DNA of 64,000 nucleotides, taken from contig JBHGNT010000020.1 in the NCBI GenBank assembly GCA_043228905.1, positions 14,632,001 through 14,696,000 of the forward strand, given 5' to 3'. Position 1 is the stretch's first letter, and each line of letters starts with the position of its first letter. The position numbers were made by a program, and so were the translations under genes. Shown in pieces: positions 37,001 to 50,100 of the stretch. Under the pieces are notes generated by a model. It made no database searches and was not told where the DNA came from. It saw nothing but the letters and a program-made list of their open reading frames with translations. This DNA comes from Azolla caroliniana (lineage: Eukaryota; Plantae; Polypodiophyta).

Positions 37001-38494
37001 TTCACGGAAATAAAATCTGATCTTTTAGATCACCTTCGAGGGAAATACCTTGATGACAGTTATTTCTCAAAATACTGGACGAAAGCCGAATCTGGTTTAG
37101 ATGCCGATACTAGCACCCTACCCTCGAAGGCGACCTTTCACATTACAAACGGTTTGCTCTACCGTAGTGGAAAGGTCTGTGTTCCAGATTTACCAAATGT
37201 TAAACAGAAAATTTTTCATGAATGTCATGATGCACCATCTGCTGGTCATCCTGGAATACAACGCACACTCGTTCTCATCTCGTGTACTTTTTTCTGGCCT
37301 AAGATGCGCTCTGACGTGCATAAATACGTAACTCAATGCTTACAATGTCAGATTAATAAGTCGGAACGACTTAAAGCTGCTGGTCTTTTACATCCCTTAG
37401 ATATTCCCAACAATAAATGGGAAAGTATCTCGATGGATTTTATTGTAAGTTTACCTCGTACACAGAGGGGTCATGATGCCATATGGGTTGTCGTTGACAG
37501 GCTAACAAAATTAGCTAGATTTATTCCTACAAAAACCACGGTAACCGCTCAACAGTTGGCTTATCAATTTGTTGATGAGTTATTTCGTTTTTATGGATTA
37601 CCGATGGATATTGTTAGTGATCGAGATTCCAAGTTTACTAGTGACTTTTGGACTCAGGTCTTTAAGAAACTAGAAACTACGTTGAGCATGAGTTCCGCAG
37701 ATCATCCTCAGTCTGATGGACAAACCGAACGAGTTAATCAAATTATTGAGGACATGCTTCGAGCTTATGTAGCAAAAACCCCTTCTAAGTGGGAGCAATA
37801 CCTTCCTATCTTAGAATTTGCCTATAATAGCTCTAAACATACATCCACTGGATATAGTCCTTTTATGTTGATGTATGGTTTTCAGCCACGTGCCCCAGTT
37901 GATGTCACGATTCATCGTGATACATTAGACAGTACACGCAATTTTTTGCAAGACATGAACCAAATGTTGCATATTGCCAAAGAAAATGTCAAGACAGCTC
38001 AAGATCATGCTCGATTTTATGCTGATCAGGATAGACGTCCTCGTGCATTTACTATTGGTCAAAAAGTTTTTTTGCGTGTCCCGACTGATTCTATGTCATT
38101 ATCTACGGGCAAGTGCGCTAAGTTAGCCCCACGATATTGTGGCCCATTTGAAATCCTTAAGCGAGTTGGGTCATCTGCTTATCACCTTGCCTTACCTCGT
38201 AACGTTGGTATTCATCCTGTTTTTCACGTCAGTCGTCTAAAACCATTTTTAGGCTCTGGTGATAACACCATCACAATCCAAGATCTTGTAACATTAGAGG
38301 ATTTTTCTTACAAACCTCATGTTCCTGAACGAATTCTTGATTCTCGTACTAAACGTTTACGTTCTAAAGAGATTCGGCTATTCAAGATCAAATGGATGGA
38401 TAAACCTATTGATGATGCCACATGGGAACACGAGCATTCGCTTAAGGCACAATTTCCTCACTTTATATTGCAAGAGTGCAATCTTTTGAAGTAG
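34091..38494 (+). CDS. Gag-Pol polyprotein (gag, zinc knuckle, aspartic protease, RT, RNase H, integrase, chromodomain), 1467 aa
   Basis: CAYCKKRGHTKDTC, LFDFGSSHNF, FLDDIL, ETDASDYAIG, SMDF..SDRD..HPQSDGQTER, GPF; chromodomain PERILDSR...KIKW...DATWE. Confidence 0.97.
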   Translation: MEQVLNAVGTISPNETSQPQSASRTQAEITIEQLLTTTLNQLAEMRQANMALEKKFQELTIESKKEGEPSFVVTPFKGDKKERTEEAISTWLGRWESHFELHPKPDAVKIGYVGRELGGRAAAWWRGLRTAKNLPTTWEGFVDVFKKQFLQPPSQTEQAQHLLTLSSKPFTSLEDYVHHARTQIQKSGLTGEKWFVACFLNGIPNGDYHWIVHDKDPTTFEEAVNIVLRYHRTSKKDHNKPEFAKTPNVKFIGKCKQSSDTLDRDSKKPNLFCAYCKKRGHTKDTCRRLERKSMNTPPQDKTTSHTGESFDIVEVHTNHLSLCECTFPSHLLGPNDLLRAVGYINGTQAHFLFDFGSSHNFLNDHFVQQMELHINASDHIYQVHMANGNVQYISGIVCQLPIQIDTYLEKLDFHVMKLQSADVILGYPWFFNKNPSLSIDWVNHSITFELNNCKHFIQCSKLPSHSLVSSKSLSEYSSSLIYSCVIDPAVQFYYFNIDATQLPHFEQRLLDSILEDFQDVFPTELPLTLPPKRNVDHQIELIPGAAPVSIPPYRLSRLEEDEIAKQLKEYLSMGHIRYSKSPWGAPVLLVKKKEGSWRMCINYRRLNKMTIKNAYPLPRADDLIDRLHGARYFTKIDLRTSYHQIRIAEDDIPKTAFRTRYGHYEFLVMPFGLTNAPATFQQAMNDVFRDQLGDFVVVFLDDILIYSRTLQDHVQHVRFVLRKLRDNSFYAKHSKCDFFQKSIVYLGHLITENGVEIEPSRIEKVKLWPIPRNIRELRSFLGFVGFLRKSIRNYSKLTTPLTDLLKGHPRKSVKPISWNEQLDKSFETLKEHVCQAPTLLLPDPSKPFSIETDASDYAIGAVLYQGGHPIAFESKKLDAAQSRYSVQEKELFAVIHALKTWRHYLYGNKFVVTTDHQSLKYFCDQPDLVGRKGRWSDLMQDFDFSIRYRKGSMNTVADALSRIKEVNMLSFTEIKSDLLDHLRGKYLDDSYFSKYWTKAESGLDADTSTLPSKATFHITNGLLYRSGKVCVPDLPNVKQKIFHECHDAPSAGHPGIQRTLVLISCTFFWPKMRSDVHKYVTQCLQCQINKSERLKAAGLLHPLDIPNNKWESISMDFIVSLPRTQRGHDAIWVVVDRLTKLARFIPTKTTVTAQQLAYQFVDELFRFYGLPMDIVSDRDSKFTSDFWTQVFKKLETTLSMSSADHPQSDGQTERVNQIIEDMLRAYVAKTPSKWEQYLPILEFAYNSSKHTSTGYSPFMLMYGFQPRAPVDVTIHRDTLDSTRNFLQDMNQMLHIAKENVKTAQDHARFYADQDRRPRAFTIGQKVFLRVPTDSMSLSTGKCAKLAPRYCGPFEILKRVGSSAYHLALPRNVGIHPVFHVSRLKPFLGSGDNTITIQDLVTLEDFSYKPHVPERILDSRTKRLRSKEIRLFKIKWMDKPIDDATWEHEHSLKAQFPHFILQECNLLK

Positions 38495-38974
38495 GGGAGT
38501 ATGTTATGTACACATAACGTTGGTGAGGGTAGGTCACTAATATTTACATTAGTGAAGGGTATGTTCACTATTATTAAAAAGGGGACTAATGATTGAATAG
38601 AATGAATGATATGTGCATGCACTATCATGATTTAGACAACCAATGAATAGAGAGCCTTTTTAGAAAGGCACATCTATTCAAGGGGCCTAGGAAAAGGTAT
38701 AAATATGAGGCTTAGCTACCCTCATAGGGGATCACGTCGGAAGGCTGCTGTCGTAGACACCGGTGGTGCGGGCTAGGCTTTCGTCTCGACGATCGTGTTT
38801 ATCTCTTCCAAGGTATTAGTCATCCTAATATCCGGCGGTATGGGACGTCGGTGGTAGGTTGGCTATGTCTAGATCATAGCTCGGGGGTGGTCGGGTGGAA
38901 CGGGTTCTTCTATCCAATCTATTTTCTTCCTTTTTACTTGATTTGGTCTATTGATTAGTAATAGACTCTTAACA

Positions 38975-41370
38975 CTAACCCCTTCATGTCCTCGTGGGCC
39001 CAGGCGAACACATCTTTATACTTCTTGAGTAGTGCTATCATCGCGTCTCTCTGGTCTGGCATTAATTCTTTTGCGATGGAGAGGAAACGGGGTTCTAACA
39101 CCGTACCCACGTTTACTTCTTCCAGGGCTGAGGCGGTGACTCGCCGTGAAATTTTCATTTCCCTCTCGAACGCTACCCGTGCTCTACTTAGTTCTAATAT
39201 TGACTCCGGGGGTGGTTTGTAAGCCTCATTGTGGAGTGTAGCGGGTGTGGCATATTCCACCGCGGTTTCGATGACGTCGATTTTGAACAGCGGAATAATC
39301 CAAGGGTGCTCGTCTAGTTATGCCTCTAATTCTGTATCATTCACCCCAGCCAACATTTATATCCTCCGTGTACAATGGTGTTATGCCCTTGGGTTGTGGT
39401 GCCATTTGCTCTGTTGGTATGCAGACCTTGGTGCGTCCGTGTCGAAAGCTGATACACTTGTGTTGCCAGCTCTGCTTGATATTCGTTGAACGAAGCCATG
39501 GTCTGGCATGCAGCATAGGATACGCCCCTGGGGCGTCAAGGGCGAGGACTACCGCCGAGATGTCGAAGCGATGTCCTCCCATGATAATGCCTACCTAGCA
39601 TATCAACTCCAATGGTCGTACTGAGCGGGTATCCGCCATGCGAAGCTAGAACGGGCAAGCTTCCCATTCTAAAATTCCCAATTGTTCGCATGTCTTCGCG
39701 CTAATTACATTAACGCCCGAGCCACCATCGATTACGCATCCTGGGATTTCCTGACCATGTAATATCAACTTAATAGCTGGGTTGTGGTGATCCACTACTG
39801 TCGGTCCGTCGCTAATGTCCGTAAAATTTGCGGCGACGTTTACCCTAGGCCTGCTCGTCAACCGCTCTTGCACGGCCTGGCGGAATAGTGGGACTAGTTG
39901 CAACAGCTTCTCCTTGGTTAACGTTATTTCACAGCCTTTCAATGCTTGCCATATGGGGTCTGGGGATGGTTCCTTGTCATCCAATAGCTCCACCAAGTTT
40001 GTAGACTCCTTCCGCAAGCGCTCCGTATTTGTCGCGTTTGCTTTTTCAACCCATGCCTGGGTTGTCCGTCGTATCTCATCTTGCGCAGCCCAATCAACTT
40101 TTTTTGTTTGCTGACGTGTTGTGACTTTCTATACTTCCGCCGTAATCGTATTAACGGCGGGTCCCTTGCCCTTGAGTATTGGGTGTTGTTTGGCATAATG
40201 TCCGGGTTGTTGACAAACAAAACAATGGATGCTAGATTCACCCTTCTCGGCCCCTAGTGGTGTGTGCCGATCCCCAGGTGTGACTTGCTCCTCCCGGTCC
40301 TGATTCGTTCGTCGGAGCGTACGCGGTGGTTGCTGTTAGTCCCGGTGTGGTTCCTGGTGCCGGTCATCGTTCGAACTTTCGTGCTGCCGTTGGTCCCGAT
40401 ATTCTTGATGCTTTCCGCGAGGCCCATTGAAGCCGCCACATTTGTTCGTCGGACGGTAATTCTCATAGCATCGGCCCCCTTTAGTATTTTTGGGGTTGCC
40501 ACGGTAGTCTTCATCCTCAAGTTTGTCTTCCTCGAAATCGTTGTGATTCCGGCGATTCCGGTAGTGCCGGTCATCGCGTGGATTGCGATCCATATACCAT
40601 GGTCGGTCTTCCTGCCACCTTTGTTCATTACGACGTGGGGGACGTTGTGTGTCCACGTTGCGTACTGTGGGCGTGGCTCTGTTCAACATATTGTACTTGC
40701 ACTGCTCAACTGTGTGAGCTTTCGAGTGACAGATAGGACAGTGGATTCGCATGTTGCATTCAACTGCGGAATGCCCCGAATTCAAGCAAATTGTGCACTG
40801 GATCGCTTGACGAAAATGTCATTCCATGTCCCGAGGTAACGCTTGTCATAATGAGGACATGGAAAACCTTTCCTCTTCTTCGTCCAACTCGAGCTGTAGC
40901 GGTCTTTCTATGACCATATCGGTCGTTTCCCCTTTCACGCTATTGTTGTTGAGTGTTGTCCGTATGGTTCCAGAAATGTCTCCCTAGCCTCATCCTTCGT
41001 TGGGCCCCGTTCTAATTTCCACTGTAGATTTTGGAAACGTAAGCTGAAATCCACGACTCTCTCGGTCAGCAACTATTTAATTGTGTCAAACTGCCCGAGG
41101 ATTTTGCGTTGCGGCACCCTTTGATGAAAAAACCGCAGAAAGGCTGAATGCAGCTGGTTGAAGGTCGTGATTGTTGGCAGATCCATCTACGAATGCTAAA
41201 ACGCCACTCTCCCATCCAAGGTTAATCCGAACTCCGTCATTTTGGACTGGTGCGCTACTACCTCAGAAAGGATCTGTGCCATGTGGTTTGCATTCTAGAC
41301 ATTGAGGAACAGGCGGATGTGGGTTGCGGCGTCGGTTTCGCCGTTGAAGCGGGGATAAGCAAAGGCCATG
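38975..41370 (-). pseudogene. B1 gag, protease and RT N-terminus (degenerate)
   Basis: CVIDGGSGVNV protease; CLNSGHSAVEC..CPICHSKAHTVEQC knuckles; YKDVFAW. Confidence 0.9.
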
Positions 41371-42749
41371 TTGGGTGCTACGGAGGGCACGGAAAGACCA
41401 CAATGCTTTTGTGGTGAGCGCGCTTCCCGCGTATCGCCGAGGTATTTGGAGATCGAGAAATCGTCTTTGTGGTCCCGACAGGTAGTACTAAGGTTACTGA
41501 GGTGAGCCTTTTGCCATGTGCGTTCCTCTATCTGGCGTATGGTGGACCTTGTGATTGGCCAGTCTTATCGTGTTGGTCCTCAAGGCGTCTCCTGTTGCCG
41601 TTTAGGAACACGGTCCGTGGTCAGTCCTTCGACCTAGACCTCAAGGTGGGTGTGGAACAACGAACAGGGTTTTGAGCGTAATGCGTAAGGGGAGAACTCC
41701 TGTAATTCCTCTGTGTATAAGGGAAGACGGCTACAACCGAATCCCTATCAGAGGTTACACTTACGTACTACTATACAAAGAAAATCAGAGAGGATAGAAT
41801 TCTATTATCAGGCGTTCTTTACATTTCCCCAATATTACACGCACCTCCATAAGAGGTTTTCTGCCCTTTATATATGCAGGGTCTAATTAGCCGTTCACGC
41901 TTCCGGCGTGAACCGTTACATGAGTTATGCTCTTATATAGTTTCTTATTCCTACGCTTTTGTCCGTCGGTTACTATTCCAGTGGACAACACTTGGCACGC
42001 CTGTAGGATAATGCCTTTGCACGTCGGACCCATCCTGTTAATCTTCTTCCAAAATGGCCCGGATGTTCGGCTCGGTTGTGGTGTCCTCGTCTGGAGTTGA
42101 TGTAGGGCCCGTAGGTGCATCGTGGTGCGGCTCCTCTGCTTGGTTGGCCTAGTTTCTCCCGGAGTCGCCTTCGCCGTGTATGGGTGTTGGCCGTTTTTGT
42201 ATGTCCCTGGGCGTGGGGCGGGGATTCCGCCTGGTCCGCACTATTTTCCGTGCGTTCTGATGATGGTGTGGGCTGGTGCGGCTGGACCTCTTGTTGGGTA
42301 ATGGTTTCGATGTCTGGTTCTGTGGGAAACTCCGCTTGTTGGTCCCCGTTATTCTCCCCCATTGTCATCTCTGGTGATCGGGCCTGAGGTTCCTCTTCTT
42401 CGGCTGTGACCGGAATTGGTGTCACGCTGGGTTCCTCGTTTGTGCGCGTGTTGCCGGCTTGTGTGATCTGGTGAAATAGCTCCTCCTGACTTTCACCAAA
42501 ATCATCTAAGAGTTGTGCGAGTTCTTCGGAGTGTTGGTCTGCTAGCGCACGATAGTCTTGCGCTAGGTCCTCCCGTACGGTCGCAATGCTCTCCTCGTTT
42601 AGTTTATAAAAACCTCGGCCGTCTTTCCGCCGGTTCTCCCAGCCCGCACGATACACGTGCAATTCCGTTGCTTGGGTTGCCCACGCCATCCATCCTTTGT
42701 CCAACGCCGTTTTCAATTGCGTTGTGAACCTTTCCCGGTTTGTTTGGAG

Positions 42750-45700
42750 CCCGGGGGCTTCACTGTCAAAACTTGTATGATAGCACGTGAGTTCATCAAA
42801 AGGGGTTTAAATTAGCCATTGAGGTACAGAATGTATATATATAAGGGTATTAATAAATATTTGAAATATATTTTTACATAAGGGTATTATCAATTATGCT
42901 AGAAATAAATTTACATAAGCCCATGAAATATTAGATATTTTAATGAGATAGTAAAGAATTATTATGCAAACAATACTCGAATTTGGAGTAGCATATATAC
43001 ATGTATTCTTTCATACATACATACATACATATGAATTCATGCATATATACCTACATTCAAACATTACATCTATGAATATGTACATACATACATTACACCA
43101 ATTTATACATGCATACTGACTAAACATAAATATATGTACAAATATATATTACCATGTGTAAATGTTTACATACACATACATAAATGCATTGCATATTACA
43201 TATATAAATACATGCATACATATATACAATATAATCAGCCATATATGTGTGTGTGTGTGTGTGTGTATACTACACATTCTTACAAACATATTTTATAGAG
43301 TACATATTATACACATATATCATTATACACACAATTATATGCAACTACATATATGTATACATACATACCAAACACAAAAAATATACATAAATAAATAAAT
43401 TACGTATTATATATACATACACATACACATACAAATTAATACATAAGATTACATATTATATGTATTACAAATTTCCACACGTACAAACAAGTTACATATA
43501 TTATATTATATATATGTATATATACATACACGCACATGCACACACACACACACACACACATAAATAAATTAGATATTACATATCATATAATCCATACATA
43601 TTAACAATAAACAAATTTACATACACATACATACATACATTACATATATACATATATTACATATGCACATACATATTCCACACATCACCATATATATAGA
43701 TTATACGAAACCATGCAAACTACATTACTTACATATATACACACACATTAGATATATGTATACTTACACATACATCAGATATATACATGCATATTACATA
43801 CATACATCCATATACGAGCCATACACATACTAAACATGAAAATATCCCGAAAATATACATACATAAATACATTACATATATACACATACATACACATACA
43901 TACATTAAATATATGCATACATATTACAAACACACATCCATGCACATTGCCTCATGTACATTGACATATGCATATATGCAGTGCACACACCCACACACAT
44001 CCATGCACATTGACTCGTGTACATTGACATATGCACATATGCACACACATACAGACATTACATATGTAAATACATATTCCATATATATGCATACAATATA
44101 CATACACACACATTGGATATATGTATACTTTTACACATACATTGGACATATGCATATATATTATGTGTATATTGCTAACATACATCCTTATATGAGCCAT
44201 ACACATACTAAACACGAAAATACCCTGAAATTATACATGCATAAATACATTACAAATTACATATATGCACATACGTACATGTACATGTACATACATATAT
44301 TCATTTATCCATTGCTACATTTATATACGTACATATGCCTACAATGTTACACATATAAATTTTACAAACATAGATCCATACACATATATACATACATTAT
44401 ATACATGCATACACATACATACATTGCATATGTATATTACATACACATACATACATACATTACATATGTACATAGATATCATCACATATGCACACACACA
44501 CACACATGGTCATACACACTATAAAAGTACATATATACATACATTAGATGTATATATATACATAGATATCATGCACATATTACAATCACACATCCATACA
44601 CATTGAATTGTGTACATTGACATATGTATATATGCATACACATATGTACATTCGTACATGGACATATATGTATTCATTCATACATACATACACGTTCCAT
44701 ATATTAGATATATACACATATGTACATTCATACATGTACATATATATATTCATACATACACGAAATAGTACATATATACATACATATAGATATTATGCAC
44801 ATATTGCAATCACACATAGATACATACATACCATATGCATATATGCATGCACATATGTACATTAGTACATGGACATACATATATTCATTTATACATTGCT
44901 ACATATACATGCATACACATACATTAGATATTTACATAGATATTATGCACATGTTACAATCACACATCCATACACATTGAATCATGTGCATTGACATATG
45001 CATATACACATACATACACACATACGAACATACATACATTACATATGCATACACACATGTACATTCGCTTATGGACATACATATATTCATTCATACATTG
45101 CTACACGCATATACGCACATATGGCTACAATGATACACGTATAAATTTTACAAACATACATCATTCCCTGAAAATATGCATAGACAAATACATGTTATAA
45201 ATCCGTACAATGTTACACATATATACATACACATGCCTTCCATGGTGATACATGTATAAATGTTACAAACTTACATCCATCCATCTCTACATACATACAT
45301 ACATACATACATACATACATACATACACGCAAGCACAAAACACATACCTCACATACTCACATGCCATACACACGATACAATATGTACATACATACACACA
45401 TGCCATACATACAATATACACAATACAATACAATATGTACACACACACACACACACACAAAAGACATCTGCATATACACACCTACACATGCACATATATA
45501 CAACACACACACACACACATAACAAATACATACATGTACATAAAATACATACAATCGACGCTAATTGTTTGAAAAAACGAGGGAAGATTACAAATTTACA
45601 TATGTACATACGTGTGTTATGTTTTTGCAAAAAGTTAAGGGGAGAGAGAGAGAGAGAGGGAAATCATGAAGCGATTGAGAAGGGATGGACACAACGCGGC

Positions 45701-46611
45701 CATGGCAAATCAAGATGGAACCATGGGGGTGGCCTACCAGCAGGTGACTATGAGTATATCAATGTGATTGTGAGTATATCTATGTAGTGATCCGTCTTGC
45801 CATCTTGAAACAGATTGCCCGAACACCTGAAACAGATTGTCAAGACCGTGTGCGCATTTGCGAAGAGGTCATTGAAAGATCAGGGCACCCACCTCCTCCC
45901 GCATCACGCCCAAAAGCTCAAAAGACGATCTCTTAGGGCTCGGACTAGGGTTAGGGTTCATTCACGCGCAGGCTGATCTCCAACCCGTTGCGATAAAGCA
46001 AGAAATGGATATCTCCTTCTTTAAGGCTCAGGCTCGAGCAGCCGCCACGATGTTGTCTTCATGTGCGTTTGCGGCCACTGTATCGACAAAGACTGGTTTC
46101 GATCGAGACCCACAAGCAGCTGCCATGGAGGCAGCTTTATATGGGCCCAAGACTGCCGATGCGCTCGGGAAAGTGTCATCGCGTTCGGGCCTCTCGGTGG
46201 CCCTCAAGCTGCAGAATTCGGGAGTAGTGTTTCAGTCTTGATACGATTGCTAATACTATGGTTGGGAAGTATTAGAAAATGGATCCAGTTCATCTGGCCA
46301 TGATTAGGGTAAATCCAATCAAAGCCATGTGGTTCAACAATCACCATCCCATCATGGATATGTATGATAGAGAGTTTTTTGTATCGTATTTTTGGTTGTA
46401 CAAAAGAGGAAATAGCCCTAGGCCTAGCCCTAACTTGATCTCTCTCCATCCCCACCCCTGTTAGGGGAAAATAGAGACCTACATTTTTGGTTTTGTGAAG
46501 AGAACTTTTTCCTTGTCTTCCATAGTGAGTAAAAAAGATTGGCCACATATGGAATGCTTTTGCTTCTTGTTTTTTGTAGCAAGCGTTTTTTGGGTGAGTA
46601 ATTAAGGATAT

Positions 46612-46649
<38 letters not shown>

Positions 46650-49600
46650 AGACAGATTGACTGAGACGAGGCAGCAGAAAGAAGAAGAATGGAAGAAGCA
46701 GGATAGAGATGGAGCCCGAGGACAAAGGAGGGATATGGTATGGCCAAGTTTTTACCTGGTCTATTTCTCTTTTGGCTCACGTTGGAGAAAGAGGCACAAT
46801 CTTGACTTTAACTTGGTCTATTTCTCTTTTGGCCAAGTGCGTTGATTGCTTGTAAATTTAGATGTTGCTTTAATTTTACTTTTTGGTTTCAAATCTCTAC
46901 TGGATGAATTAATTGTGCTATTTCTTTTGTTCAAATTCTCCTAATGATTTGTATGCCACAATGGGATTCTAAGTTGTTGCTTTCTCCTCTTCTTAAGTTT
47001 TGTACTAATGCTGGTAACTCAATTTCCATGTTTCAATGGAATCTCAATTTACGGCTGGTTTGGTCTATTCAATGTTGACACTAAATCTTTTATCATTAGG
47101 TGTGTCATTTCATCATGCACTATTTGCACCTAGCCTTTCATCGTATAGTAATGTGACTATTGACTTGAACTCTCCCAAAAGCAACGATAAAGAGGACTTG
47201 TCATGGCAGCTTGCAATACAAAAAGTGTGGGAAAATCTTATCCAAGCACAAAGAGAAGGTAGATTTGGACTAAGAAATACAAATGTATTGTATATGAACA
47301 CATTTGTTTAAGAAGCGTCACCTCTGCTACAACAACAGGAAATCTTGCTATAACTCAGCAAACATTACGTCCTAAAGACATCCTTTCTAGGCATGAGGCA
47401 TTGAAGAAAGAAAATGATCTCTTTGGTGGACTGCCAAGTAGTGTGTTGCCTTCATTGCCAATTTTCCTTGACCTTCTCTGTCAATATGCTTGAGAACATT
47501 TGGGACTTCAGCTACAGGTTTTCTCTAATTTCCTCTAGTGTAGTTGGCTTAGTGTTCAATTTATTATCTGACAAATTGTTTGACCTAGAATTTGACTTAT
47601 TTTTCATGAAATTTAGGTGGAAGATGTGATTTGGAAATGCCATCAATGGTATATATTAGATATTTTATGATACCAACCAATGGATTAGTCTAGAAGATCT
47701 GGGAGCATAGATGAATAGGTGTCTGAAGTGGACACCCTTCATTATGAGATTAATAGCTGAAATCCTCAAAGTAGAGGAGTATATCATCAATGGCCGAAGT
47801 GTTGGTAGAATATGTATGGATATTAGCGATGGATGCAAAATTCTGGATCATAGAGAAAACATTGAAATTTGATCCATCAAGTCATTTGTAACATCTTCTG
47901 CTCCGTTACATGGCATAATTATAAAGACACAATGGAAAGTGTAAGAAGTCAAATTACTCTGACAAGAAAAAAGTTAGAACATAATCAGTGTTAGTGGTCT
48001 TAAATTTCAATGATGGTTTAGGTCAAATCCATATCCTATGTTCTAGTAAAGCTTAATTATTCTCATTTATAGTTTGTATTAAACTGAGAGTGGGTGGTAA
48101 GTTTCAGAAAGGACTTTTCCTCAAATGAAACTTTTCTAAAGATAAATTAGGAATGTTCCAATGAAATGTTAACCTTCAGTATTTGTTCTAGGGATCTTAA
48201 ACGTGTTTTTCAGCATTGTGTATTGAGATTCTCCATCATTCTTAGTCTGAAACTCTTTTCTTTGTTGCATATATAGATGTGGAAAGATGCCTAGGTTGGA
48301 ATTTCAGTTTGTAAGCATAATTATCTTTCAGTTTCATGATAAGGTTGTAAGCGTACAAGAATTACTCTACTGTTGACAAAGGTTCCCCTTATTGGATTTT
48401 ATAGATGGGTTTTCAAAGTGTGGATCTACCTCCAATCCTAAGCACATGATCTTTGTTCACAAGAGCGATTCCATAAGACATGCAAAACATGACATTTGTC
48501 ATACTCTGTCAAACCTCATTGGCATTTATAACAGGTATTGTTAGACTATTTTAATTGCTTTAGTAATACATTTTTTGCATATTTAAAATTTCACAAGTCC
48601 GCCCATAGATACTCCAATCTTCTATCTTGCAGTCCAACAATGGACCTTGGAAAATTGAATGTAGCAATGCCCAAACCAGAAAAGTAGTGGCACTGATACT
48701 AAGTTTGAGACGCCATATCGAACCATACATTAGTGATTTTGGCGACACTAAGATGTGAAGCCTAATGACTTGATGTGCCCTTACAAATTGCCATTTTTAA
48801 GCGAAGAAAAGCTTGATTTTTTAGCAGGTATTTTTGAAAAGAAAAAGGGCATTGTTCATCTATCCAAATGTTTTATTTGTTTGATTATGAACAATGATAT
48901 GTAGAAGGAATGTTACAATCCTAAAGTTCACATATTATTACTAGGGAAGTACAGATGACATCATCAATAAAGAGAGAGCGGCTTCAAAACAAATTGTGAA
49001 AAAGTATTTTCCACAAATTCAAAATTCCCAAACTCTTCAAATGAGTTCTTGTTTGAACAAACCATTGGGCTCATCAAATATATCAAAAGATGTAGAATAG
49101 ATTTTGCCACAAAGAAGATTACGTTCCACATATTGCTCAGAGTCCTCAAAGTCTTCATATTAGCTCTGCTTTGGTACCACAATTGGGCTCATCCAATGTT
49201 GGAAGATGCAGAACACATTTTGAAATATCAATCCTATATTAAGGCAAGGATATATGAAAACTTTATAGCACCTATTTTCCCTTCATCATGTTGGCAAACA
49301 TACAATGGAAGGGTTGTCAGAAGAGACAATTAATCATACCATGCAATAAGTTTCAGAGGTTCACCATGAATATATATTAAGTACGAGGAAATCTATTGTT
49401 AATTATATATTTCAGATTTCGGCATTGTCTATCCTGATTTAATTATCTTAAAAGCACTTCTATTATATTATAAATCGTTAAGGCAATGTCAAGACTCGAT
49501 TCTAAAAGAGTAATTTCCTACCCACAATGGGATAAGTTAGGGCAAGATAGACTTGGACTTACAAATATAGAAAAGGTCCTTTAAGTAATAACATCATATT

Positions 49601-50092
49601 TTGCAAGATCCCACATGATCTAGATTTTAATACCAAAGTGGTGAGTTGTTTTCTTGAATGCACATGGGGGCAATGTTAAGATCATTGAACATACTACAAC
49701 CATTAACTTTAGAGGTTGCATATGCATAATACATAGATACATACACACATGCCATAGATCTAAGATATATAACGGATACAATAGAATAAATACGTAAATA
49801 AACATGGAATATAATATAATACATACATTCAATATAATACATACATATGAACATATGCAATACAACACAATATGTACATATACACACATGTATAAACCAT
49901 AAATGTGTCTTACGTAAGGGCATTTAAAATGAGTTGTTGCCAAAATATATATTGACACTAAGGGGTATTTTTATTAACCATTTTTTTATAAAAGGGTATC
50001 TAAAATAGCAAAAACCATACGTATAAGGGGTTTATAAAAGATGTCATGAACGCACGTGATACAACCTCTTTATATATAGTGGAGCCCCCGGG
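42750..50092. mobile_element. 7.3-kb TIR DNA element with 8-bp TSD, no recognisable transposase
   Basis: Ends CCCGGGGGCTTCACT...AGTGGAGCCCCCGGG (15 bp, 1 mismatch); TSD GTTTGGAG at 42742-42749 and 50093-50100; interrupts the B2 extra ORF. Confidence 0.85.
42990..45610. repeat. Degenerate (ACAT)n/(AC)n/(AT)n low-complexity tract
   Basis: Direct reading; internal duplicated blocks, e.g. about 43800 and 44180. Confidence 0.95.
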
Positions 50093-50100
50093 GTTTGGAG

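Larger units (their letters stand above)
31863..38974 (+). mobile_element. Intact young Ty3/gypsy chromovirus, TSD CTAAC
   Basis: 473-bp LTRs at 31863-32335 and 38502-38974 (one difference seen); PBS TGGTATCAGAGC at 32337; PPT AAGTAGGGGAG; TSD at 31858-31862 and 38975-38979. Confidence 0.97.

Noticed and set aside
43162-45787. His/Thr/Tyr/Ile-rich ORFs
   Set aside because: Translation artefacts of ACAT/AC microsatellite.
45946-45958. Telomeric repeat or interstitial telomere
   Set aside because: Only about two TAGGGT units; at most a telo-box-like motif.
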